Source: Eutreptiella sp. 'Long Island Sound 2002' (taxonomy: Eukaryota > Protista > Euglenida). Taken from it: a stretch of DNA of 64,000 nt. Made by a program: the position numbers and the translations under genes. Where the stretch lies: positions 21,700,001 through 21,764,000 of the forward strand of contig OZ038379.1 of the NCBI GenBank assembly GCA_964036045.1, written 5' to 3'. Each line of letters starts with the position of its first letter. The first letter of the stretch is position 1. Below, one piece after another: positions 49,501 to 62,954 of this stretch. Under the pieces are notes generated by a model, which was not told the origin of the DNA, did no database searches, and saw only the letters and a program-made list of their open reading frames with translations.

Positions 49501-50221
49501 CCACCTCTGCCATGCTGAGGCGGCATCCTTCAGTACACTACCATATCACAGGGGTAAGTGGGCAGTGTTTTCCCTCTGCACACTACCACACTGCATGGGG
49601 CAGTGGGCAGTGGTATTCTGCAGCACACACCCACACTGCAGTCACCTGTGCCTGTGCATTTACCTGTGGGAGAGTGTTTTTTAATTGTAGGATGTGACAC
49701 ACGAGGGCAGTTTGCCCATTCGACGACCTTTGGGCTGGATTTTGTAAAGCATTTTGATTTTGAATTGGATGCAAGGCTTTGGAGGAGGACATCAGGGCTT
49801 TACAGGTTTGTCTGGGGGCCAAGCACACTGATGGTGCTGTGCTCAGGGCTCACCACCCCAACACGTGCATGGGTGCTTCGGATCGTCAGGTCTGCACACA
49901 ATAGCTCACCACCATTGTCGTACCACAATATGTATGTGTCACCACAACAGACATCCGCACATCATTGTTATCCGGAGCGTCATCTGGCCTGAGGATTCCT
50001 GAGCAGAAGTGTTTGTGTATGTGTGTGTGTGCGCGCGCGTGTATGTTTGTGTGTGTGTGTTTCTTGCTCTGTCCTTGTTTTTGCGGTTCCCAACGTGTTT
50101 GTGTCCAGCATTATTGGGGCCTTTGTGTATTTGTCACGAATCATTTGTTGAAGTGCTCAAGTAAACACAAAACCTGCCGTTTCATGGCCTGCGTCTCGCT
50201 GATTCGCCATTGTATGCTCAG

Positions 50222-51202
50222 GCCGTGGTATCGCTGTACATTGCCTCCCGTCGGCCCTGCCTCCTGGCGCTGCTGGCCACGTACTGCCAGTGCCAAGGGG
50301 GTGGTGTCCCCTTCGTGCAGACGCTGGTAATCAAGGCCCTCCTGCAGGAGCACGCGGCGGCGCTGCCCACGTTCACCGGGGCGGACGCGGCGGTCCGCAT
50401 CCGTGGTACCCTCCCCGGCTGCGACCCGGTAACCGTCGACCCCACGGCGGTTTGCGACCACGGCACTGAGGAGGCGGAGGCGTCGCCGGCGCAACGCGTG
50501 TACACGCTCATGGTGCAGACCCTGGACCTCTTCGCCGCGCTCTGCATGGGGCGCAACCCGGCGGCGCACCGGGAGCTGCAGCGCCTGCACTGGGGGATCA
50601 GCAGCCCGTTGCTGTGCCGCATCGTGCGGGAGCCGCAGTACCCCCATCCGCTGCAGAGGGCGGGCCTCCGGCTCCTGTACTACTGCTACATCGACCGCCC
50701 GCCCCTCAGCCGTGCCCCCCTGACGCAGTACACGTATTGCTGGGAGGAGGCGCAGCGTGAGGCTGAGGCGCTGGAAGAGACCCCGGCGGCCGAGTCTCCC
50801 TCGGGCGAGGGTGCGGAGCCGGCCTCGCACGGCGGCGGCGCGGCGGCGCGGCGGCAAGAACTCGCAAACGCGGCGGCGTACGTGATTGCCGCGCAGGCGC
50901 AGGCCGTCGAGAGCGTGCAGCAGCAGGTGGGGGCCAGGCTGAGGGAGCTGTGCGCCCGCGGGGCGGTGCACTGGGGGCCTCTGGAGGAGCGGATCGGGGA
51001 CCTGCGGGCGGAGCTGCAGCTGCAGGACTGGGGTGCGCAGGACGCCACACACGGCCCCGTGCAGGCGGTGCAGCGCCTGCTGGAGCACCTCGTCGCGACG
51101 TTCTACGACCCGAACCCCCTCGACGCCGTGGACCTGTTCGTCGAGTGCTGCCACGTCGTGCGGGAGCTGTTCAACTTCGGTCTCATGGGCCTCGGTGAAG
51201 AG
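50222..51202 (+). CDS. ITPR-like: IP3R-like exon 7
   Basis: VVSLYIASRRPCLLALLATYCQCQGGGVPFVQTLVIKALL resembles [40 protein letters not shown]; ends VVRELFNFG; 981 nt open. Confidence 0.85.
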
Positions 51203-53618
51203 GTGTGCCAGGGGCTGCAATGCAAGTCTGCCAAGCCCCACACCAACTGCGGCGTGTTATGGCCGCGCTGCTTGGCCCCAAGTGTGCACAACCCCCCCCC
51301 CCCCCCCTCACATGCCCCCCAACCCCCCAGTCCAGGGGAGAGAACGGCGGCCGTCGGGTCAAACCCTGGCGTGCTACTGGAGCGGGTGAGCAGCGGCAGA
51401 GCTCAGCCCAGGGTCCAGCAATCCGCGCCCCATGCCTTAGGCCTTGCGTCCAGGGGACGGACAGAGCCACGGGCCGGGTGCCTGCCGAACCAAACCAAAC
51501 CAAACCAACCCCCCAGTCAAGCATGTGCATGCGAAGGCGGGACCAACTGGCGGGTACCTGTGGGGCTCCAGTCCCCCAAGACAACGTTGTCCTCCACCTT
51601 CCTTCCCCAGCCCTAGGGCGAGGAAAACTGTGGCTGCAGGCACCACGAAGAAAGGAGGGGCACCCCTTCCCTCGCCACTCGTCCTGTCATGACTACTTCT
51701 TGTGCCTGAGCACCCATGGCCCCCATGCATCCGCCCCCCGCCCCCCCTGTGCACTCACTGGGCCTGTGTTGTGGGGGGGAGGGGTCACTGTGTGTGCGTG
51801 TGCATGCGGGCGGTGGGGACACTTGGTGAGGCAGTGGTTCGGCTGCACTGTACCTCTGATCCCGGAGGGTGCCCGGGACGACGGGTGGTGGCTGTGCAGC
51901 AAGGGTTTGAAATCCTCCAGCCAAGGGGATCCTCCACGTGCCCAGGGGGTATAAAAGTCTCCAGCTCCGGTCAAATCCTCCCCCGTGTGCTTAGGGGTTG
52001 CAGTGACCCGCCTCTTGTTAAATCTCCCAAGCAAGGGGGTCCCCCACGTGCTCAGGGGGTTTCCACTGCCAACGACCGGGGGTGCAGTCCGCGGGGCGGG
52101 ACTGGCGGAGTAGGGCGCGTAGAGGCAGAGCTGCGTTCAGCACCGCACAGCGGAGCAAGGCAGGGCAAGGCAGAGCCGGTCAATCCAGGCGCATCGGTGT
52201 TGGTCTGCGGTGGGTGAGGCGGATGGTGGTGCAAGCATGTGCGCGGGCCTTGGCGAGGCTACCCCTAGACCCCGTCCCAACCAACTCAAAAAGATGCCTT
52301 ACACCTGACCCTACTTCTCTCCGGTGGCAAGAAGGCTCTAACTGTATCCTCCTCTGATGGTGAGGAAGGCGCACTAAGGAGTGCAATGGCCCCCGTGTAT
52401 GTGGATAGGTTGGGTTGGGTTCGGTTGGGTTGGGTTGGGACAGGGCCTTGTACAAGAGGCCCCAGGTCTGGGCGTCCTTCCTTGCCCAACCACGAAGTTG
52501 AACAACCCAACTGTCCAGTGCCGGTGCCTAATGGTGCCTAGCTCTGCACTACCAGTCTTAAGCAACATGCACAGGGCCTAGAGTGGGCACTGCCGGCCCT
52601 GTGCAACATGCACAGGGCTTGCAGCGGCCACAACTGACCCTGCGTGGCGTGCGCGGGGCCTACAACGGGCACCACTAGGGGCAGGGCTGGGGCCCGGGCC
52701 GAGGCAGAGGCAGAGGTAGAGGTAGGAGCTGGGGTAGGGGCAGGGGCAGAGGTGGGGGCGAGGACTGGGGCCAGGGTGGGCGGACGCGGGGCCTACAAGG
52801 GGGAGATTGCCCTCGTGAAGGACATCGAGTGGACCGTCATGCCTTACGTTTGTTTTTTTTCGGCAAGGGGGCCTTCAGCTAGTGTCTCTTCCAGTTCTTG
52901 TAGTTCGCACACCAGGTCTGCCGCGCCAGAGAGGCCTGCGTGCAAAACTTGGTGGAGCACAACGGGATGTTGCTGGCGCCCGATACCGAGCTGTTCCGCA
53001 GTTGTGCGACGTGCACTGGGCCAGCACTGGGTGCCACTGGCCTAGTGCGGCGTGAAATGGGCCTAAAAGGGGCACACCCGGCCGTGAAAGGGCTACACCT
53101 GGCCTCTGCGACGTGCACAGGTTTAGGTTTGGCAGTGGGCACAACCGGCCGTATGCAGAGTGTGCAATGGTGCGCCCCAGATGTGGGGCCGGTGCTATGC
53201 GAGGGTAGGGTCGAGGGAAGAGTAGGGTAGGTCGAAGTGGAGTGGGGTTACGGCAGGTCAAGGAGAGGAGCAGGTGCTGGCGACGGGACAGCGGCCCAAT
53301 GCAAGGAGCATCCCGCAGGCCGAGCGAGACGTGGCCAGAGTATGAGGGGGAGGGGGGCAAAGAGGATTTGGATTTGGATTTGGTGGCCGATCTTAACACG
53401 CACAGAAAGCCTGGAGGGTGCTCGGTGGCGCCCCTGGCAACTCTGCACATTGGTGGGCCATACCATATGAGATGCACTCCTCGGGCCCTCGACGGACCTT
53501 TCCCCTCACATGCCCCATGGCGACCGGGCGTGTAGCCCCCCCCCCCCCCCCACCAACGCCTTGTGCCCCCCCCCCCCCCCAACTCCTCCCTCCTCACCCT
53601 CTACCGCTCCCTGTCCAG

Positions 53619-53855
53619 GGCACACAGCGTCGTGCACAGGCCCGCCAGGTGACGGACCTGCTGATCCGCGTCATCAACGTCCCGCGCTACGGCACCGGGA
53701 TGCAGACCGCCAAGACGCATGCCTGCCATGTCCTCCAAAGGTGCTTCGACCTCCGGCTGAACCTGCGCATTCAGACGCTGTTCTACGCCCACCAGAGCAC
53801 GTACCATGCCCTGCACGCCTCCACGCGGGAGGCCCTCCTGCACGTCATCAAAGAG
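53619..53855 (+). CDS. ITPR-like: IP3R-like exon 8
   Basis: MQTAKTHACHVLQRCFDLRLNLRIQTL resembles [27 protein letters not shown]; 237 nt. Confidence 0.85.
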
Positions 53856-55922
53856 GTCTCCACCCCGCCACCCCACCCCAACCCATGACCTCCTCCAGTT
53901 CAGAGTACCCCCCAAGTCTCTTGCAGCTTTGCGGTCCACGAGCACTCGCGCTGCCGCGTTCCCCAGCCCCCTCCCCCCCCCTTGCGCTTCCAGCAAGCGC
54001 CAGTTGACCAGCACCAGTCAAATCCCGTATTTCCGAGCTCATTCGCTTCATGTGCCATTCCCGTCGCGCGCGCTTCAGAGAGCGGCGGTGCACCAAGCAC
54101 GCGGCCTTTCCCGCCCACCAGCCCTCCATGTGAGATGCGTGGGGGCTCTCCATCCCCTCCGGCTTGGAACGCGACAGTCAGGCTCACTCTAAGTGTCAGG
54201 CAGAGAGGGAGGTCACAACCGGGGAGCATGCCCTCTGCATGGGGCCCTTCCTCACCCCCCGCCCAAGCCCCCTCGCCCACACCCTCCGGCCTCCATCCGG
54301 ACCGTCGTGCGCTCCTTCTCACAGTGTTGTCGATCCGGGGACCTCTGAGTCAGGCACCCGGTGCACGACCTCTCCCGGGCACCGGGGCGCCACCGCCCTT
54401 GCCGGCCTGAGGGGCTGCTGTATGGGTACCTTATGCCACCCTCCGGAGAGCGACCGGGCACCCTCACCTCATCTCCCCCTTGAGGCCGCTTGAGGCCCCA
54501 CAGCGACTTATCAGCCCCTCCAACTTACCAATACCACCCTTTGACGACCTCTGCCCGAGCGCCCCAACGCCATACCAACTGGAGTCCATCCCAAAATTGT
54601 ACTTGTCCTTTCGAAAGAAATCCCAGGATACCGTAGCCCTGGGGGCTGCGGGAGGGGGTGGGGGTATTGTGTGGGGGCAAGGGGGCGGAGCTGTCCAGAG
54701 CCCTGTGAGGAAACCAACGAAGGACGGAATGTCACACAGGGGCGGGTATTGCGTGGGGGCTAGCGAGGCCCAGTCCATCAGGATCATCACGCTCTCGGCC
54801 CCCTTAGTCCGCCGCCGCCAAGGGACCGCATTCCAAGCGCCAGGCGGTCGATGGTGTTGTTGGAAAGAGAACACTCGTTTGCACGGGACAGCCCCTCGGC
54901 GCAAGAGTGTGGGCACGCCGTAGGAGGCACTCACAGTGGGGCCAATCGGCGAGGGCACCTCCAAGTCACCACAGGTGCGGTCCTTCAGGAGGGCTGCCGG
55001 TGTGGCATCCTTCTGCTTGCTGCGCCTGCAGTGCACCACTGCCGGGGGGGTGGGGTGGGGGGGGGGGTTGAAAGTCTACTCCAGGGGTGCAGTGCAGGGA
55101 AAGTCTCCCGTGATCGCGTTCGAGCCCAGGACCCCATGCCTGCGCTCGTAGTGGCCAACCACCGGGTCACTCCTCACACACGCTCGGATGGGCCGGCCCC
55201 TCCCGGGTCGGACCCGACCCATTCAGACCTTCCCCACAGGTCACTCACTGGGGGCAGGTGCACTGCGAGTCACGCCGAGCACCACTCAGTTACGGGAATA
55301 CCCCGCGGCGCTTAGCGGTTCACGGACGGCACCAGATGGTCCACCAGCGCCGGTTCACCGGTTACCGGACCGCAGCCACTTTTCCACTGGCGCTTGCTGG
55401 AGGCCCTGGCGTCACCGATTTGCTTTTTTTTTGCGCGGCAAGCGGGAGCGGGGGGGGGGACACTGGGGAACGCGGCGGCGCGAGTGTGCGCAGACGCGTG
55501 TCCTTAGCATTCACAAATCAACCCTCAACTCAACCATGCGGATGGGGGAGCGTCTTGAGCGTCTTGAGTGCACTTGTGCGCCAGTGGACCATCAGATGCC
55601 GCTGAATGCCGCTCAGATGCCTCCGTCGTAGGTTTGATGGTTCAGGGTGACACCCCCGTGCGCTACAGCCTGAAGGGCATTCGCCTTCAAACCAGAGCGG
55701 CCTCAGATGCTGCGGAAAACGTCAAAAGGGTTATGAACACGCCCCTCTTTCCTTTCTCGCCTCGTGGTGCCCTCGACATAGGCTTCTGCAGGCCCGATGG
55801 GACCTGTGGTTCGGTGGACCAGCAGTGGTGTGGCCGCGATCTTTGTGGTGCGTTGGAGGGTCCCTGGCGGCGGGCGTGCCGGGGCCTTCGGCCCGCCCCC
55901 CCTTCCGTGTCTCTCCGCGCAG

Positions 55923-56092
55923 GACCTGTTCGACCGGCCGGTGCTCTCCGCGCACCTCGTCGCCAGCAACTTCGACACCTTCGTGTCCAGTCTGCTGCGC
56001 ATGACCCGTCCGGAGTTTGCGCCGGGGCTGCGGCAGGTCGCCTTCGAGGTCCTGTTCCGGCATGCCACCCAACCGTCCCACTTCATCGCCAG
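55923..56092 (+). CDS. ITPR-like: IP3R-like exon 9
   Basis: TFVSSLLRMTRPEFAPGLRQVAFEVLFRHATQ resembles [31 protein letters not shown]; 170 nt, ends in phase 2. Confidence 0.85.
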
Positions 56093-58112
56093 GTGCTGCC
56101 CAGGCCCCCTCGTGCGGGGGGGGGGGGGGGGGGGGGGTATGGAACGGGTGGACTGGGGAGTCCACCGGGGGAGGGGGTCTTCAGTGCCTGACGATCCGTG
56201 AACCCACCAGAGTGTAATGGTGATAGGCCTTACGTGTAGTGGAATCGCATCGCACTTCTTGTCTTTGCCTCTGCACAGCAGCGAGAGGCGCCTGTGACAT
56301 GTCACTGCAGAGCTTTTCTCTTTGGCTTTCGCTTTGCACTTCTGCTTTGTGCCTGACGGTACCGGTCGCGTGCACGCGTCTGCATTCCACAGCGGGGGGT
56401 ATGGAACGGGAGGGTGTCCCACACCAGGCGTAGTGAAGCATGAGGATGGCCATGGATATGACCCCAACAAGTATGCGGCAGCCCTGTGGGGATACGTGCT
56501 GAACCAGCACCAAGCGGGGACCTCCGGATCCACCGTGTCATCGATGGGAGCTCGAGAAACAGACACAGCAAAGCAAAGAACCCCCCCCCTCCCCTTCCGT
56601 AACAGCCGCTGTGCGTTGACGCAGCCAATACCCAGTCCAACCGCGTAAACTGTGCCGAGGCTTTGGCAGTGGCGGTCCCGATGGCCTCATGAGTCCGGCG
56701 CTGCGAAACAGGGGGCGCACACCCGGACAGCGCAGGTAAAAGGGCCCTCTCCATAACCCATGCCCCTGCCCATACCACGTCTGACGAACCCATTTTCCTC
56801 CCACGCTTTGTGCTGATTGCCTCCTGTGCGCACGTGCAATAGCCCACGCTTCCTTCAGGGGAGTCCAGGGCCCACGGGGGGGGGGGGCACGCTAGTCACC
56901 GCTGCGGGGTAGTGCATGAGAACACGGTAGAGCAGGCTTCAGTGGCACTCTGTGACGCACCTGGGACACCCGGGAGAGCAAGAGCAAGGGCGTGTGTGTG
57001 TGTTGGGGGGGGGGGTGGCTTTGGAGGGGGTCCCAGAGATATGCAGACGTACCGCGGAGGTGGGGGGGGGGGGCGAAACGTGCGGGGGATGCCGTGAAGG
57101 GGGGCGGAGGATGGGCGCGGCCGCCATTCTTGTGCAGTGCACCCCCTCATTGAATGAAACTTGGGGCCCTGTTGGCTGTGCAAGTGGTCGGAGGGTTGTG
57201 GGTCATGGGGGTGACAACGACGTGCCCATGGGAGGGTGATCCACTGCATGAGGCCCGACACAAGGGGGTGGTACCGTGTGTGGGGGTGCAGGCGGTGCTT
57301 GCGCCAACGCGCTGGGGATCGCCTGGTTTCCCCGTGGGACGAGCCCCGGCTGGATCCCCCGGGACGTACTCCCCCCGTGGGGACACTTGTAGAGGAAGTG
57401 CATGCCCGACACTCCGGGGCTGCATAACGGAGGTGCCGCACTCCAGTGTGTCTGCAGAGCTGTGCGACGACCCCCCCCCCCCCGGCTCAGTGCAGCCGTG
57501 TGGGCCGAGCGGGGGCCTGTGGTCTTGTTGTTGGCCCCTGACAAGCCTCTGTGTGATGTGCCGCTGTGCACGTGCCCGCGCACGGCCGTAGCACGGCCTT
57601 GCACTCGGGGGTATCGGTGGGGGGTCCAGTACTTTCCTGGTGTCCCCCCACATGCAGCGTGATGTAGGCGTGAGGCATGCCACAGGGGTCCGGCAGGGGG
57701 AAGTGAATGTCACCCCCGAGGGATGTCCGCTGCTGTTGCACCGGGAGCTCAGTGGGACCCAGCGGTGCCCCTTGTCTGACGCTGTAAGGCCCAGCCCCTT
57801 CTGACGGTGTCTGACCTGGCGGACGCTAGTGGCAGGTCTCGTAGGGGGGCATAGGTCAGCACGGCCTCAGCCTCTGGGCGTACCGCTGCCGGACGGCGCA
57901 CTCATCGGTGTGCCCCCGCCTCCATCGTGTTGGCAGAACGGTCCCTCTGGTTGTGTTTTGGCCCCCGCCGAGCCTCTGTCTTGTGTGCGGTGCGCGTGCC
58001 CTCGCACGGCCGTACCACCGCTTTGCACTCGTCTGGGGTATGCCCCCGGACCACTCTGCCGCGCTCTGCCCCGGCCTCCGCCACGGCCCCGCGCCGCGCC
58101 CTCCCTCTTCAG

Positions 58113-58344
58113 TTTGCAGAAGGTCACGATCCTGACCCGCCCCGAGGCCGTCCGCGTGCACCGGAGGGTCGCGGCCGTGCGCCGGCGGCTGGTCGAGCTC
58201 CTGCCGCAGTTGTCCTGCGACGACGGCGGGACGTGCCACACGGAGATGGCGCGGCAGATCGACGGCCTCACGGCCCTGTGCACGGAGGAGGGCCCGGGCG
58301 GGGCGGGCGCCGGGTACCCCCACCACGTGGTCCGCATCCACCAG
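58113..58344 (+). CDS. ITPR-like: IP3R-like exon 10
   Basis: Phase 2 matches exon 9 (AG+T = Ser); LQKVTILT resembles FKQVQLLV; 232 nt. Confidence 0.85.
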
Positions 58345-59929
58345 GTGTGCAGGGCTGTCCTTGAGAACCCCACATTTTTTAGGGGCGGGGGGTTGAAGAG
58401 GGCCCCCAAGGACCACCAACCACTCACTGCCAGCCACCATCCACCGCCGACCGTGGTGTGTGTGGGGGAAGGCGGTGGGAGGGATGTCAGGGGAAGGGGT
58501 GCGCGGCTGTGTTGGGCTTGGGAGGGGGTCTGGCAGGGGGTCATCCACACCGCTGCTCTCCCACACCCCTACGCCCTACAGCCCTTTGTTCTTCCGGTCC
58601 GCTTCTAGACACCCCCTATTGCCCGAGCGCTCCTCCTCTGGCTCCCCCCACATGGATCGGCTGGTCACTCAGGCCGATGCTCGTCTCGTCCCCGTCGCTA
58701 TCACTCACTTCAGTGGCAGTCCCCGCAGTACCTTTCAGCACCGTGATATTCAGGGCATCAGCCCACATACGCAACACTTGCGACCGAGCAGGGGACTTGT
58801 TGTTAATACGCCACAAGTGCAACTTGCGGTTGCACCCCCCCCCCCCCCCACAGGTGTTGTGCTGTTCTGTCCAGTCAGCTGCTCGAATTCCGGTCCCCCC
58901 CCCAATGCCCAAGATACAACCACGTCCCACATCGACACGGTACACACGCCCGCTGTGTCTCGGATAGGGCGTATTGTGTGCACCACAGCCCAAACCGCCT
59001 CCTCGGCTTCAACGCTACAAATGTTTCATCGCCGTCAGAACCGCATCGCACTCACATCTCACGTCAATTTGGTACATACGCCCCCCGTATCTCAGACAAT
59101 GCCGAGGGGGGGGGGAGGGCCTGCGGCATTCTGTTCTGTAGGGTATGTAGAGTCCTGTGATAAGGGGCCTGTGCATGAGATGTGTGCGCACCCCATCCCA
59201 CCAGCGGCGGCCGCCAACACATCCTGGAATATGCGCCGGTCTCATGGTTGGAGACGCAATGAGCGCAATGGCGTCCGACGCGAAAGGGGACCATGACAGC
59301 CTCCCCCAAAGTTCCTGCGGCGTGTTCGAGCCAGGCCCTGTGCGTAGTCGTGGTGTTACCTATTCGGGGGGGGGGGTCAGAGGCTAAAAAGAAGTTTGTG
59401 TGTCTAGATTCGACCTCCAATTTCCGTCCTCTTCAACAGACTTCATTTTCCCCCTAAAAATTTTTATGATGGGGGTGGTTCAGGCAGAGGAGCCCAGGCT
59501 GCCATCCCCCCCCCCCCCCCGGTTACGGTAAGCTGGCAGGGGGGGGGGGAGGAGAGGGCAGGGGGTGAGGATTGCATTTTGGATTTGGATTTGGTGGCCG
59601 ATCTTAAGGCTCACAGGACGCCTGGGGAGGAGCATGATGGCGTCCTCAATGACTCTGCATATCGGCCAGCCTCGCGCCTGCCGCCGGGTGGGGGAGGGAG
59701 GTGTGCCCTCTCACCCCCGAGCAGGGCAGGGTGAGGCAGAGCAGTGCAGAGCAAGACATGCAGAGCAGGACAGTGTAGGGCGAGGCAAGGTAGGGTAGTG
59801 CAAAGCGAAGTCGGCCCCCCATCAACCACCCCTTAACCGTGTGCGGGCGGGCACAGGGGCAGGGGCGCCTCCCCTTAGCCATGCATAAGTTAGGGTTGTG
59901 TGTGTGTGTGTCTGTGGCTGTGTGCAGGG

Positions 59930-60420
59930 GCAGAGACACGTCCCCTTAGTCCTCTACCGAAGAGCATAGGGGCAGAAGCACCTCCCCTGAGCCTCGTGCT
60001 GATGTGCTCAGGGGCGGAGCCATTACCCCCCTGCCCTATGTAGACGAGCATAGAGGGAGAGACACATCCCCTCTCCCCTATGTTGACATGCGTAGGGGCA
60101 TGAACACCTCCTCTTTGCCGTATGCTACCGTGCAAAGGGGCAAAAACACCTCCGCCTGCCCTATGCTGACGTGCATAGGGGCAGCAACACCTCCTCTTTG
60201 CCGAATGTTGTCGTGCATAGAGGTAGAGGCATTACCCCTCTGCACTGTGCGGCATAGGGGCGGAGACATTTTCCCTTTCCCTGTGCTGACGTGCAAAGGG
60301 GCAAAAACACCTCCCCTTAACCCAGAGCAACCATGCACAGGGGCGAGGACACCTTCGCACTACCCTATGCTGCTCTATGTTGACATGCGCCGGCACGGAG
60401 CCTCACCCTGTGCCTATGCA
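59930..60420. repeat. About 39-40-bp minisatellite with hairpin-forming units
   Basis: Units of the type CCCTATGCTGACGTGCATAGGGGC; about 12 degenerate copies. Confidence 0.75.
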
Positions 60421-60499
60421 GCGGTGCTCAACGGAGGGGGCGCGGGAAGGGACCGGTAGGTAGCAAGGGGGGAGGGTGGGTGGGAGGGAGGGGGGGGGG

Positions 60500-60790
60500 T
60501 TGTCCTACCCTGCACTGCCCTGCCTTGTTCTCCCCTCCTCTCCCTGCCTTGCACTATGCCGCCCTGCACTCCTCTGCCCTACATCGCAGGGCCCTACATT
60601 GCTATGCGTTGGACCGCGCTGCAATGCACTGCACTGCCCCGCACTGCTATGTTATGCTATGCCTTGCCCTGCTTTGCACTGCACCACCCTGCCCCATCTT
60701 GCTTTGCGCTGCCCTACTGTGTGTTGTGTTGTACTCTACTCTTCACTGCAGCGCTTTGCCCCGCAATGCGCCGCCCCGCACTGAACTGCC
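60500..60790. repeat. (CCCTG/CACTG)n pentamer-type simple repeat
   Basis: Visible; a complementary GCAGG-type tract lies at about 59720-59805. Confidence 0.8.
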
Positions 60791-60793
60791 CTT

Positions 60794-61207
60794 GGATAAG
60801 GTTAGAGCCTTCCTCATCGTTGGAGAGGGATAAGGTAAGAGCCTTCCTTGCTGCCGGCGAGGGATAAGGTTAAAGCCTTTCTCGCTACAGGAGGGCGATA
60901 AGGTCAGAGCCTTCCTTGCTACCGGAGGGGGATAAGGTTAGAGCTTTTCTTGCCGACGGAGGGGAAAGGGTTAGAGCCTTCCTCGCCATCGGAGGGGGAA
61001 GGTAAGAGCCTTCCTTGCCGCTAGAGGGGGATAACGTAAGAGCCTTTGTTGCTGCCGGAGGGGGATAAGGTTAGAGCCTTCCTCACTGTCGGAGTGGGAT
61101 AAGGTTAGAGCCTTCCTTGCCGCCGGAGGGGGATTAGGTTGGAGCTTTCCTCAGCGCCGGAGGGGGATCAGGTAAGAGCCTTCCTTGCCGCCCGAGAGGG
61201 ATAAGGT
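60794..61207. repeat. 34-bp minisatellite, about 12 copies
   Basis: GGATAAGGTTAGAGCCTTCCT-N7-GGAGGG units. Confidence 0.9.
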
Positions 61208-61339
61208 GACAGTCAGCAACACTGAGAGCCGATTGCACCTACAATGAGCAACACCTAGGGCCGGCATCATCCTAGTATGGTAGGACCTAGGGTTGACAGC
61301 CCAAGCGGCCGGCCACACCCACGGTGCACACATGCAATC

Positions 61340-61490
61340 TTGTGCGCACCGCACAGGGCGGAGGGACAATTTTCCCACCCTTGCGTGCACCATCACAGGG
61401 TGGAGGGACGATCTCCCCACCCTTGTACGCACCAGCACAGGGCGGAGGGACCTGTTCCGCACTCCTGTGTGCACCGGCACAGGGTGGAGG
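61340..61490. repeat. About 41-bp tandem repeat, about 3.5 copies
   Basis: GCACCN2-3CACAGGG(C/T)GGAGGGAC units. Confidence 0.75.
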
Positions 61491-62954
61491 GAGGAAGGGG
61501 GGGGCGGAGGAGAGGGCAGGCGGGGGGGGGGGGGGGGGCGAGGGGAGATATGTGGTTGCGATGTACAAGACATGTTGGGAGTGGGTCTGCATGTGTAGGT
61601 CTCCAGATGTGCATAGGGCCTTGGGGGCCTAGAACCGGGCCATACCTTTAGGGTGCCCCAGTCTAGAGCCCAAGGGGCCCCCGGAGGGCCACTTGAGGAT
61701 GTTGTGCGTTTGGACTGCCCCAACGCATCGCTGTCGGGTGGTGCCCCCAAGCAGCCCCGCGGTCCGAGTGGGCGCCGTACGCCACCCCCCCCCCCCCCCC
61801 GGGCGCTGCCTTGGCTGGCGGATTGGCCTTGTGGAAGGGTAGAGGGACCCCCCCCCCCCCACTCTGTCACCTGTTGCTGTGTGTTGTGTCTGCCACGCGT
61901 ACCGTGTGCAGAGGGTGTTGCGCTTCTTGGGCACACCCCCTGACTCATCAGCCCATTGGAACGGACCCGTCGCGGCATTGGGGCGTCATGTGGGCCAACA
62001 CAATGGACATGGAATGTGTTGGCGGGTTCAATGGCCGTGCAGGCGGTTGCACGCCTTGGAAATGCTTGTTTACGCAACTTTACTATGCATTAATCCTCCA
62101 AATGGGCTGATTCAAGAAAAATGGGGGGAAATGGGGGAAAGTGTGGCAAATTTTGGATGCTTGATGGAAAAATGGGGAACAGACCACTTGCCTTGTGTTC
62201 GCCAGGCAAAGCACTTGCGAGATTCATGCCCCGTGCTCCCGCATCAGCGCGTACCTGCTGGCTGGCCACCGACTGGCGACCTAGTAGTCGCCCACCCATG
62301 GGTCCGCTGGCCCGTGGCCAACTTGCCACCGCTCAAGCCACTCCCGCACAAGGGTTCGCACCAGCGCCGCCCATGGGCGCTGCGCCGCATTGCTCGCTTG
62401 CCGCCCCTGGGTTGCCACGATCCGCGACTGGTCGGGGACGGCGATGTAGAACCTCGTGGTCACTGCAGGCAAGGACACCCGCACCCTCCTTCGCTGCTTG
62501 GCCCTGTCCCACATCATCGGCGTGGGCCGCGGCTAGAGCGCGTCGCGCACCCCGCCCATGTGGTCCAGGTTGCATGCGTGGCCCTCGCCACGGGTGCCGT
62601 AGCACTGGAGCAGGAGGAGGCGGCGCACCGCCTCCCCCCAGCAGGGCGGGGGCCCACCTCCCGACCACCCGCGACGGCCAAGAGCGGGGTCGTCATGGTA
62701 TAGGACCCGGATCATGCAGTCCGGGGCCACATTGCACCACGGGTATCAAGGGTGTGTCGAGGGGATGTCAAAGGGGGGGGGTCGGGGCTGTTGAGGGGGC
62801 ATGGAGGGGGGCTCAGGGGGCCGTTATGGTTATTCCAACCCCTCAACCCCACGGCGTCCCTGCGGGGCCAGGGGTTGCCACTCCCAGTGCCTGTGTCCAC
62901 AACGGGTGTCACTGATGCCACGCCCCCATCCCCCCCCCCCCCCTGCTTCTGCAG

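Noticed and set aside
50141-51241. 366-aa minus-strand ORF and similar ORFs opposite IP3R exons
   Set aside because: Antisense shadows of GC3-rich exons; no recognisable motifs.
52845-52865. T-run plus CG resembling the 3' end of the euglenid spliced leader (also at about 3188)
   Set aside because: The upstream SL sequence is absent.
60794-61207. 34-bp array as a CRISPR
   Set aside because: The variable part is only about 7 nt and is clearly homologous between units; eukaryotic intron context.
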